Assembly: GCA_964035545.1 (NCBI GenBank)
Contig: CAXIUT010000202.1
Coordinates: forward strand, 1 to 14,756
DNA: 14,756 nucleotides
Direction of reading: 5' to 3'
Source of the DNA: Bugula neritina
Lineage: Eukaryota > Animalia > Bryozoa
Shown: piece by piece, positions 1 to 10,714 of the stretch
Layout of the letters: each line of letters starts with the position of its first letter
Position numbering within the stretch: the first letter of the stretch is position 1
The notes under the pieces: generated by a model
Database searches by the model: none
What the model saw: the letters and a program-made list of their open reading frames with translations, nothing else
What the model was told of the DNA's origin: nothing
Position numbers and translations under genes: made by a program

Positions 1-93
1 CCCAACCCCAACCCCAACCCCAACCCCAACCCCAACCCCAACCCCAACCCCAACCCCAACCCCAACCCCAACCCCAACCCCAACCCCAACCCC
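1..93 (+). repeat. Left telomere, (CCCCAA)n, C4A2 ciliate type
   Basis: Perfect tandem CCCCAA from base 1 to 93, C-rich strand at the 5' end as expected for a left chromosome end; unique sequence starts at 94. Confidence 0.99.
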
Positions 94-221
94 TGAATTT
101 TAGTTTTCAAAATATGAAATAAATTATAATTGAAATAATTATTTATTGAATATAGAAATAAATTAACAAACATTCATAGAAATCATAGCTATGATGATAG
201 AAATAATAAAAGTCAGTTTTA

Positions 222-2023
222 TCATTAGAGATATCCCTCAAAAACATCCTTCATATCACTACCCTTCTTTATTAACAAATTCAACTCACTCTCAATAGCT
301 TTTATCTACTGTCTCTACATCTACTTCTAAAAAACTCCCACAAAAGCTTTGTACACCTGATGCTGCTTGTTTACTATGATCTCGAATCCCTTCAAAGCCT
401 TACTTGCTATCTTTTTTTATCTGCCCTCACTTGGAGGATCTGCTCTTACTGATTGTACTATTTTAGGAGAGATGATAGGTTCAGATTGTTGGATTGAATT
501 TCTGCCCATTTTTTACATTTCCTTCATAATGTTATCTCTCTTTTACTGTAGCACTTTGATATTTCTATCTTTTTGGTTTATTTTATCATGAAGTTCTTAA
601 ATTTAGTTTCTAAGGTTTTAATTTTCTGCAAGAATAGCTCTATTTTGTTCTTTAGTTGATGTAAGCTCATTTTTTAATTTCTATTTTTCCTAGTCTATTT
701 CTTTATCTTTCTCATCTTGACTCTCCTCTTCTTTACTATTACTTATCTTAAGAGAAAGTCCTTCTTAAGGCTGCAAATTATTGATTTTATACTCAAAATT
801 ATTCTATAACTACTGCTTCTATTGCCTCAACACCTGAATCTTATATTTATATTCCTTTAATTTTATCTCCATATGATTGATCTTCTTATCTTTTGTTAAT
901 AACTGCTCATACATCTTGTCCATTGATGCTTTGTTATCAGTTATCTGACCTTCCATGATGTTCAACTTACGATTAACCGATTACAACTTAATACGTTACT
1001 GGTTTAGTTAGGATTCATGCTTTCTTGCCTTTATTTTGCTTTATTATTCCTTCTAGTCGATTCGTTGATTCGAATTTACCTTCTACTTCTCTAAAACTTA
1101 ATTTTTTGCATAACTTTTTCTCAACTAGTGATCTTTTGTTTGAATAATTCGCATCAACTTCTCAGTCTAAACCGAATAGTTTTCAATCTAATCTTAATAT
1201 ATCTTTATTTTGTTTATATAATTTTCTATCTATATTTTATACAAACCGTTCTCATTTTTTACTTATTCATTCTAAAGCCGATATTTATCACTTTCTTCTT
1301 GACTTAACTAATTTTTAAATTTTTGCAAAATTTTTTGTTATATTTTATCTGTTTATTTATCAATATTATGCTTTTAATTATGCTTATTACTAGTTTTTAA
1401 CTCTTTGATTTCCTACATTAAAGAAGGAATCAAATTATTATAATTTTTTTATTTCTAGTATTCTTTAACTTTAGCTTAAGCCTCTTCTAATTTATCTGAT
1501 ATTTATGAAAAATTGTTTTTTAAAGTTTTGTTTTGTAGTTATATCTTCTTACACAACCCATATTTCTAACGATACATATTAACTATCAAACCCATTGTTT
1601 TAAATTTTTATACAGAAACATCATTTTCTTTTAAGTATTAAATTTAACGTTGATATGATGACTCATTCTATGAACTAACAAACTATAAATTAGATTGCAA
1701 AGTATCGAATTTTATTGTCAACTACTCATGTTCATTAGTCATCCGAATCACCTGACCCTGAACCACCTCAATCTTCTACGTCAACTCATCACATTTATCA
1801 ATTGCTCGATCATACTCGCTCTTACCCAGTGTTATCTTTTTTAATTAAGAAATACCTTTTACTATAGAATACCAACATGTTTTTCTTGGTGATGAACCAA
1901 CTCGAGCAAAGCTTTGGCATTCATTTTCGATGTAGATTTTTAATCAGTAGAATACTTTTTTTAAGGAATAGAGAAGATATCAGTATCCTTTTTCTTTTTT
2001 CCACCAACCAACTTATCCAACAT
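222..2023 (-). CDS. Long coiled-coil protein of unknown function, 593 aa, 2 exons (intron 1836-1855)
   Basis: With TAR=Glu, ATG at 2023 (MLDKLVGGKKKKDTD...) reads to TGA at 224-222 with no other in-frame TGA after removing one 20-nt GT..AG intron. The product is very E/K/N/Q-rich with heptad-like segments (e.g. ILAENENLRNEIEELHDKINQKDRNIKVLQEK). Confidence 0.85.
1836..1855 (-). other. 20-nt spliceosomal intron (GTATTTCTTAATTAAAAAAG)
   Basis: GT..AG and AT-rich. Unspliced, the frame hits TGA about 75 nt downstream; spliced, it joins a 1.6-kb open frame. Confidence 0.8.
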
Positions 2024-2056
2024 TTAAAATATAAACTATCATAACAATCAATTAAA

Positions 2057-3976
2057 TCAACCTATTTGAACCAACTCATTACGCTATTGCAAATGACTAC
2101 ACATAGCATTCGTAAAAGCATCCAAGTACTAGTTAGTATATGACTTCTTGGCATGTGAAATAGTCGTCCTAATAGGAAAATCTTCAAATAATGTTTTCTA
2201 TTTCTGAGAGGCAAGATATTTCTGGAATTTCTTGTTTTGCTATTATGATAGTAGATGCTGTTGTCTGAAAAAGATTGAAAGATCTTTAATGGCCGGGTCA
2301 GCTTCTTTGCTATAATTATTTCTGAGTTCTGCCAGTTAGTTATAAAATTTTCCTATCGATTTGGAATTAGACTATTAACCCTTATCAATAGGATCAATAT
2401 CTTCTTAAGGTGCTATTTTTAATTGATTAAATTTAGATTGTTTAAGACGTTCTTCTTCTTCTTGTTCTCGAATCAAAGAAGTATTTCTTCTTTTAAGGGC
2501 ATTATTTGAACTTCTTTTGATGTTTTTATTTCTTAATCGTTTGCAATTCATCAATTCTTCGACATTAGCAACACATCCTTTGGGTAGTTTCTTCTAACTT
2601 CGACTTGGATTAATATTTTATGTTTGATTTGGAATATACTTACGAGTAAAATATTTAGTCGATCTCAAATTCTATCGGTTCTAGAGTAAAATATCTTGCT
2701 ATCTGTCTCTAAATTCTGAGTTCATACAGGTTTAATTACTTTAGTTGCTAGGCTCCTCTCCACAATCAATCTAAAATTACTCCGCAAAAGCGAGTGGTTT
2801 GCTCATTCTTTTCTTTTTAAGAATACTTCCGTTGTCGATTGCTTTTTTACTATTATGAAGAAATCTTTGCTGACTAACATGAAAATTAGATTTTCTAGCG
2901 GAATTTTACATTTAAGATACATCACGTGAAGACATTCCAGATTAGCTGTTATCCAAATTCATGTCAATTGTCATATGTTTCTTCTTTATCTTGAATTAAA
3001 AAGATTAGGCTTGTTGGCAACTGGAAAATTCTTAGTTATTGTTTTATGGTTTATGTTGTTGTTCAAGTGATTCAGGTTTTTTCGGCCTTCTTACAAATGA
3101 TAGAGGTGATTCGACGGATTTAAGAGGTTCAAGTGATTTAGGTTCAATAATGTTGATACTTTGGGTTGTTTCATAGCTCGGAACCTACTCAGTAAAAAAT
3201 ACAGGTTTATTTAAAAACCTACTTTGAGAAGAATTGCTTCCATGAGAAAGCTTTGTTGATTTTGGAACCTTAACTGTATTCCTTTATCTTCTTTAAGTCT
3301 ATTAATTATCTTTTTTCATATTTTTCACTGTTGATCTTCCACTTCTCAAATAAGAATACTCCTGTCTTTGTTTTTTAATTGTTTTATCTTCAGATTATAT
3401 TCCTGATAATTAAGGTTTGTATGTAGCTGTAGTCGGTCTTGAATTCCCTTTTGTTGAATCAGTAAAAAAATACTTAAGAATATACTAATCAGTTGATTTA
3501 GTTCCCTTATTTGAAAATTTACTTTTATTTGATAATTTTCCCTTAGAAAGATAGTTACTAGAATATTATTTAGTCCATCTAAGAAACTCCTACTTAGACA
3601 ATTCTATCTGTCTCAAAATCTAATTTTTAAAAGAATTTGATCCAACAATGAAATCCTTCAACCTCGTTATCAAAACATCACAAACTAAACTATATTTAAT
3701 CGCCACATCTGACTTCTTTATCTAATTCTGTTTAGTAGTTAATTTTTTCATAAGAGTCAATGTCTCCTTGAATAGTCTCAACTAATGATCCCTTCTTATT
3801 TGTCTATCGATAGAAGTTAAAGTATGAATATGTTAAGTATTTTATGAAGTCAACTTGTAGACTCGATTACGAAATGATGGCAGTTTATCCAATTCCATGG
3901 ATATTAGTTGGTAGAGATCGAGTAGTTAGACTATAAAGTGTTCTTTTTTTTTCAAATAATTATTGATAGCTATCAT
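2057..3976 (-). CDS. Hypothetical protein, 639 aa, helical N-terminus and K/S/N/E-rich, probably disordered remainder
   Basis: 1920-nt TGA-free frame under TAR=Glu, from ATG 3976 (MIAINNYLKKKEHFIVELLDLYQL...) to TGA 2059-2057. No family motif recognised. Confidence 0.82.
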
Positions 3977-4012
3977 TTTCTATATAGAAAACAATCATTA
4001 TAAATATCTTTT

Positions 4013-6430
4013 TCAATTCATTTTGGGATAATTTCGACGTCTCCTAGATTTTATACGACTGTGATATGAATTCATATCAATAAATTCATTATTTTCTTAT
4101 GGATAGTTACTTATATACACTGATGAAGAAGGAGTTTCTATTTATGCTTCAGCATTAATAGATCTTTTTGACCTTTGCTTTATCTATTGGCTATCAATTG
4201 TATTTTTAGCTGTTTTCTTGATCGATGGAAGACTCGATACATTTCTGGCTACTTAGTGTTATAACTAGAAAAATAGTTAAAAAAAACCTATGGCTAATGA
4301 GTTATCAAGAAGATGTGTCTTGAAGCTTGATACTTTTCTATTAGCCAACTCTGACAACTTAATCATAGTATTCCCTTAAATGAATTGTTTATTTCTATTC
4401 ATGGACAAAAGATAAACTTCAATTGGAGTTTCCATATTAACATCATGTATAACAATATGATTATTCCATTAAATTAAGTTATTATTACTACTTTTAGTCT
4501 ATGTCTGATATTTATTATTTCCTGCCTTAATCAGACATCTTTTAGTCGTGCCAAAAGATGATGTATAAACGGTAACTTTTATTTATTTTATGGTTAAATT
4601 GTATAGATACTCGTTTATTGGAATAGTTTATTCTAAAGATTTATTTTGAATTTATTTTTTATTTATATTCTATAAGTGATCTGTAGAACAAGCTGTTGAT
4701 GACTTTATTCTGTAGTCTATACTTTTCTTCTTTCTTTTCATTGTTACTGGCTCAATAGTCATCTTCTATTATTGAGATGATTTATCATTAAAAGCTATTT
4801 CACTAATTTATTCATCTATTTTATTATTTGAAAATAATTTTGAATATTTGATAGATTATTCTAGAGAATTTTAGTTTTTCTGGACACTGATATCTTTAAG
4901 AAGAGCCTTTTATTATGAAGAAATACTTTTTTATTTATTCTATTGAACAAGATCATTTTTAGATTTTTTCTTTTATAATATAGTATCCTAACGAAGTCCT
5001 CTTCGATTTGATTTATTACCTTTATTAATCTCATTACTTGATTTGTTAATATGAGATATTTATCCCTAATTTTTGTCATATCTCTTTTATCCATTTAAAG
5101 TTTTCATTCTATGACTGATACTTTTTGGATAGTATAAAGTTTTATTATCAACATAGATATTAATAGGAGATTAATTGATAGATTAGTTTTATCTTTAAGG
5201 TTACTCAGTAATACAATTTTGATAAATATCCCTTCTCTTTTTTATTTGCATTGATATTTTATTTATGTTTTGATAATTTTCTCTAGAATTTGATGGAGAT
5301 TGAAGATATTTTATTGAATTTATCGGTATATCTATTGACTCTTATTCTTTTTATTCTGTATTTTTCAAATATTTTATGTTTTTTTGTAGATTTTTCAATT
5401 TTTAATTAATTTTAGACAAAGAAACTTTTTAACTATTTTATTATGATAATTAACTTTAATCTTATAATGAGGCTTATTAAATTCTTTAAGTATGATATCT
5501 TTTTCTTTTTCTTTTGACACTTGATATAAGATAAGTAAGTTTGTTCAAACCTTCTTTTTTTATTTAATTATCATTTATAAATCTACTTTTTTAAGTTGAT
5601 AAATGTTCTATTACATCTTATTTCTCTTAGTTTAAAAAATAACTTGCATTCTTTTTATTTATAATAGATTTTTTCTGCTACTAAGGTTGTTAATTTCTAA
5701 AAGAGAATGATTAATTTTTGTTAGTTTAAATTTATTTTTTCTAAATAGATTTTGATGATTGATTAAAAATAGTTTATCTTGATTTACTTGGTTTTGATGA
5801 CTTTTACTATTAATAAATCGGTCGTCCTTCCATGAGTTATTTAACCACATTATTCGAAAAATATAAAAATTACCTATAATTATCAAGTTAAGCTTTACAC
5901 TTTGATAAATACTATTCCATTTAACTATTGATTTCTTTAAGCTATGATGTCTGCAAAGCTGTTTCTTCACTCACTACATCTTCCATCCTAAAATGAAAGA
6001 TAATTGTCTATGTCTGCTTTTTATCACAAAATTTATACAGATCACCCTATGTACAATAGTTAACTTCAGGACAAGCTTCAGAAATTAATTATGTTTTGTT
6101 ATTATTATTTCTATAGAGTTCGATATTGATTAGTTCTTTGGTATTTGGATAACAAGACCAAAGTTTGAAGACATGCTAGTATCCAGATATCAATTAGATT
6201 TATATTATTCGAGTAGTCTATCGTACCTTATTGATCAATTTGATAATGTAGTTCTTATTTAAATGTTCTTTACTTTTTTTGATTTGTCTTATGATTATCT
6301 TACTATATTCAGAAATAAAATGTTCTCTCCACTCATCAATTATACCTATTATTAATTGCAATAACCAAAAATAAAATTAATTAACTTCTAATTGACCTTT
6401 TTTAAGTAGGAAATATACTCTACCTTTCAT
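4013..6430 (-). CDS. Hypothetical protein, 805 aa, with a putative C2-like domain near the C-terminus (about 4260-4610)
   Basis: 2418-nt TGA-free frame from ATG 6430 to TGA 4015-4013. The segment YLYNLTIKEIKVTV...CLIKAGNNKYQTETKSSNNNLIEWNNHIVI...PIEVYLLSMN...IEGNTMIKLSEL resembles the C2 beta-sandwich pattern. The exact start and the domain call are less certain than the ORF. Confidence 0.78.
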
Positions 6431-6440
6431 ATTATAATTT

Positions 6441-6959
6441 ATGATTTACCATAGAATTACGGTATAACTCGCTAAAAGTTCAAAAGGAAAATGTAAAAAA
6501 TGTCAAGGAATCATCCTACAAGATACACTCAGAGTACTCGTTAAAGATGACCGGAAGTTTAATGAGTATATTTAAACCCATGGAGGTCGTTCTTAGTTTC
6601 ATGGTTAAGGGATGTATAGAGGAGGATATATTGAAGCACCTGAAGGAGTCATCTCTATTGAAAAGTATTATGTTCATCTGAATTGTTATGTACCTATTCA
6701 CAAACATCCTTTTGAAAAGTAATATTTCAAATTAGACAACTTCAAAAATCATCATAAAACTACCTTTAATGAATACTTAGAATCAAAAACAAAAGCAACT
6801 AGAGTATCAGCAACCTAACCTAAACCAGCTTAAACAAAAAATAAAACTAAAAGAAAAAGAAAAATGATCTAAAAAGACGTAAAAAGTAGAAAAGTGATGA
6901 AAGTTGCCACTAAAGTAAATACTTCAAAGACAAAGCCAAAGAAAGGGAAAAGAAAATGA
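6441..6959 (+). CDS. Small PARP-type zinc-finger protein with Lys-rich tail, 172 aa
   Basis: MIYHRITV-E(TAA)-LAKSSKGKCKKCQGIILQDTLR...KYYVHLNCY matches the zf-PARP pattern (EYAKSxRxxCxxC..I....LR...HxxC). Ends KTKPKKGKRK-TGA at 6957-6959. Confidence 0.85.
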
Positions 6960-6989
6960 TTAATTCATAAAAAAAATAAACTTAACATA

Positions 6990-7649
6990 TCAAATAAGTT
7001 GTTTATTTAAGTCAGTAAGAGGCACATACATAACACTAAGAATCTTTTTTTATTCTAGTTTTCCATTCTTTTTACTAATCAATAAATAGTCTTGAAAGTC
7101 ATTTTTCCCTCCAACTGGAATAATCATTTGCCCTCCTTCTGCCAATTGTTCAATAAGTCCTTAAGGAACTTTATCAGCAGCTGCTCCCACATGGATAGCA
7201 TCGAATTCTATCCCTTTATCTTTCGTCCAACCTAGCCTTCCGTCTCCCTGTTCTATCCTTATTTTTTATTTCAATATTTCAGGATTATCTTTTTGGATAT
7301 TTTCTATAGATTTAGTTACCAACTAAGGTACATGTTATATTCCAAATACTTTACCACTTGATGGAACCAATAAAGCCATAGCAGTTGTTAGGTAACCTGT
7401 TCCACTACCAATATCTAAGGCATATTTAGCAGTTTTAAGTTTGTCATAAAGAAGTTAAAGAGCATATGCATGCATATGAGGTGCTGATATAGTTGCTCCA
7501 TATCCTATTCTTTGAGGAGAATCTTGATAAGCTGAATTTGGAGCATAAAATCCTCTATCAACTTGCTCCATTACTTTTGCAACCTCAGGATTTTTAATAA
7601 CGTTTTTTAGAACTAAGTTTTGGATCATGTCTTTGTTTGCTTTGTTCAT
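6990..7649 (-). CDS. PCMT1: Protein-L-isoaspartate (D-aspartate) O-methyltransferase (PIMT), 219 aa
   Basis: Complete motif set: [37 protein letters not shown] (SAM motif I), VFGI-E-HVP-E-LV, GDGRLGW, FDAIHVGAAA, LIEQLAEGGQMIIPVG, VMYVPLTD. TGA at 6992-6990. Confidence 0.97.
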
Positions 7650-7858
7650 TGTGGATTTGTTATAATGATTTATAAAAGGAGCTTAAACTCTATTTTAAAA
7701 TAAAGATAGATGAAGTTATTTTGATGAAGAAGAATATATTCTAAAGAATCATAAATTCTCTTCATATTTTAGTTAAAATAAAAGAAACATTTAGACTATA
7801 AAGGTAATGAATAAAATATATTTATTGTTAGAATATAACTGTTTTAGATTGAATTAAA

Positions 7859-8554
7859 TCAAAATTAACTTCTGTTTTAGGACATATTTTCTTATTATTT
7901 TTTCCATTTTATCATTTGATTATTTCTCTAAATAGCTTCGAGGTCTATATCTTTCAACTCTGGATACTAGATAATTTATTTTCCTTAACTCGATATTTAT
8001 TTGGTTGGAATTTCATTGACCTGTTGATCATCAGGCAAATTTCTTGGATCAATCACCCACCTCTATCTGTTGTTTAATCTATCATTTTATTTAATTACTA
8101 ACAATATCCCAATACCCACTAAGAATAGCCCCATTTGAGAAAACATACTTAATTGAAGAAGAGTAGAATATTGATCCCTTTTGCAAACATCTCTATAAAA
8201 ATCATTAAACATTATAAATCCAATAATAGGCCAAACCAAAAGAAACAAAAGGAAAAAATTCCTGAAAACTTTTATAAAGATAGGCAAGTTACTTCTATTC
8301 CTTTATGGTAAACATTTCATTATACCTACGACACATGGTTGTATTAAAAACTAAGTGATGTTTACTGCCATGGCACAATAAATCCATTCATCCATTGATA
8401 TATTGATTGCTGCATTTTCAGGTATAATCGAATTTGATTAACACGTACACAACCATGGCACAAATATAACTGAAAGAAATATCTATGCAAGTCCTATGAC
8501 ACTGAATAGAAATAAGAGAATTTTTAAACACAGGCTCATACTGATTTTATTCAT
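7859..8554 (-). CDS. Multi-pass (about 4 TM) membrane protein, paralogue A, 231 aa
   Basis: TGA-free frame from ATG 8554 (alternative in-frame ATG 8539) to TGA 7861-7859. Four hydrophobic stretches, motifs CxxNSIIPExAAINxSMxxWIY and LVWPIIGFIMFNDFY..C...YST, and an acidic C-terminal tail. Confidence 0.88.
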
Positions 8555-8758
8555 CTTAATTAATATATCACATTCATTATTTGATTACTTAAAAAAGTAA
8601 TGTCTAAAATATATACTATCGATATCTAATAAATAACATTTATCTCTTTTTCTATTTTCTAATGTGTTGCTTAATTCTGTCCTATGCTGATATCACTCGA
8701 TTTCTTAAAATCATTCCTCATAAAAATACATATTAAATATGATGATAATGGAATCAAA

Positions 8759-8866
8759 TCAAAAAGAATTTATATTGCTTTCCTTTGCACTTCTGCATCA
8801 GTTAAAATCACCTCCTTTTCATGACCTTCTCCTGCATAATTCTTAACAGCTTCTTTTTCATCATAT
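8759..8866 (-). pseudogene. Relic 3' fragment of paralogue C carried along in the duplication
   Basis: Near-identical to 9841-9985 (encodes YDEKEAVKNYAGEGHEKEVILTDAEVQR) but lacks all upstream coding sequence and is about 37 bp shorter before the old stop. Confidence 0.85.
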
Positions 8867-8955
8867 GATAGATAAAAAAATCATTTAGACTATAAAGGCA
8901 ATTAATGAATAAAATATTTTATTGTTAGAATGTAATTATATAAGATTGAATTAAA

Positions 8956-9627
8956 TCAAAATTAACTTCTGTTTTAAGACATATTTTCTTATTATTTTTT
9001 CCATTTTATCATTTGATTATTTCTCTAAATAGCTTCAAGGTCTATATCTTTCAATTCTGGATACTAGATAATTTATTTTCCTTAACTCGATATTTATCTG
9101 GTTGGAATTTCATTGACCTGTTGATCATCAGGCAAATCTCTTGGATCAATGACCCATCTCTATCTGTTTAACCTATCATTTTTTTTAATTGCTTAAAATA
9201 AAAAACAAATATTCACTAAGAATAGCCCCATATGAAAAAACATACTTAATTGAAGAAGAGTAGAATATTGATCTCTTTTGCAAACATCTCTATAATAATC
9301 ATTGAACATTATAAATCCAATAATAGGCCAAACCAAAAGATACAAAAAGAACATATTCCCTAAAACTGTTAACAAGATATTAAAGTTACATCTATTCCTT
9401 TATGGTAAACATCTTAATATATTTAATACACATGGTAGAATTAAAAAAAAAGTGATATTTACTCCCATTGCTACATAAATCCAATCATCCATTGACATAT
9501 TGATTGCTGCACTTTCAGGTATAATAGAATTTGATTAACACATACACACAAGTGGCACAAATAGAACTGAAAATAAAAACTATCCAAGTACTACGACAGC
9601 TGCGATAAGATAAAAACACTGGTTCAT
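8956..9627 (-). CDS. Multi-pass (about 4 TM) membrane protein, paralogue B, 223 aa
   Basis: ATG 9627 (MNQCFYLIAAVVVLG...) to TGA 8958-8956; colinear with paralogue A, with an almost identical C-terminal tail. Confidence 0.88.
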
Positions 9628-9840
9628 ACTTATTTTATCTAATTAATATATCACAGTCATTATTTGATTAACTTAAAAAGTAATATCTAAAATATATACG
9701 ATTGATATCTAATAAATAACATTTATCTCTTATCTATTTTCTAATGTGTTGCTTAATTCTTTCCTATGCTGATATCATTCGATTTCTTCGAATCATTACT
9801 CATTAAAATACATATTAAGTATGATGATAATGGAATCAAA

Positions 9841-10533
9841 TCAGGAGGAATTTCTATTACCCAATAATCTTTAAAACATATTCTAGTAAATATTCTTATT
9901 CCTTTGCACTTCTGCATCAGTTAAAATCACCTCTTTTTCATGACCTTCTCCTGCATAATTCTTAACAGCTTCTTTTTCATCGTATATTGGCTAAACTGGA
10001 ACTCTTTCGATCTGACCACTACTCAGCAAATTGTTTGGATCCATATCTCTCTTTCTGTTCTCTTACTATGCCTGCTTACATGCCATGCAGCACAACAACA
10101 GAATGCTCAAAACAATCATACAAAAACATGCCATTGAAGAATAAATACCCAATTCTATGATAGTCGAGTAGTTATCCACAGTCGAACAGGCAGTTTAGTA
10201 GTAATCATTGAACATCACCAAGCCAATAATGCTCCAAACCAACATAAATATTACATAAAGGATATGTATGAGGACTATCATGCACATAGCACCCTCACTG
10301 TTGGATCTAGATTTAGACCCTCCACATGAAAGACAGAAAAGAAAAATAGCTGCCCCCATTCCTCCATAAATCCAATCCTCCATCGACATGTTGATAGCTG
10401 CTCCTTCAGGAATAATGCTATTGTAGTCGCAAGTGCCCATAATAGGCACGATGAAGATCGAGACTATCTACTGTTATAGAAATAAAAGACCAGTTAGAAC
10501 CAAAAATAGAACTGCACAGCAACCTCCCTTCAT
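9841..10533 (-). CDS. Multi-pass (about 4 TM) membrane protein, more divergent paralogue C, 230 aa
   Basis: ATG 10533 (MKGGCCAVLFLVLTGLLFL...) to TGA 9843-9841; shares CDYNSIIPEGAAINMSMEDWIY and LVWSIIGLVMFNDYY..C...YST with paralogues A and B. Confidence 0.88.
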
Positions 10534-10714
10534 ATTATTACTAATTAATTAGATATTAAAGATGTAATAAATAAGATATAGAGGGTGATTAATATCACTC
10601 CAAAAAGACATCATCTACCACTTCTTATTCATGAAAGAATCTGATTAATAATCTAATACTTAAGATAAATTAATGGCTGATATACATAATTGACATATGA
10701 TACAATTGATACTA

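Larger units (their letters stand above)
7788..9985. repeat. Tandem direct duplication: unit 1 about 7788-8866, unit 2 about 8882-9985
   Basis: Both units begin CATTTAGACTATAAAGG and end TTCTTTTTCATCRTAT. Each contains one 4-TM gene, its roughly 200-bp upstream spacer and the 3' end of the third paralogue. Confidence 0.93.

Noticed and set aside
94-130. TTGAA near the left end (minus strand) and near 13570 as a Euplotes-like chromosome breakage signal
   Set aside because: Distances to the telomere differ (about 13 vs 6 nt), the motif is absent at the 14663 end, and it is common in AT-rich DNA. Many more ends would be needed to test it.
3060-3145. Short repeat GTTCAAGTGATTYAGGTT (PKSLEP/PESLEQ) as a CRISPR-like or mobile repeat
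   Set aside because: Only two copies, in frame within a low-complexity coding region.
7646-7765. Short (about 40-codon) minus-strand ORF overlapping the PIMT start
   Set aside because: Short, AT-rich and motif-free; such ORFs are expected by chance when only TGA terminates.
10581-10650. Short hairpin GTGAT-TAAT-ATCAC and possible C/D-box snoRNA (TGATTA...CTGA)
   Set aside because: Imperfect C box, no convincing terminal stem or recognisable guide sequence; compatible with chance.
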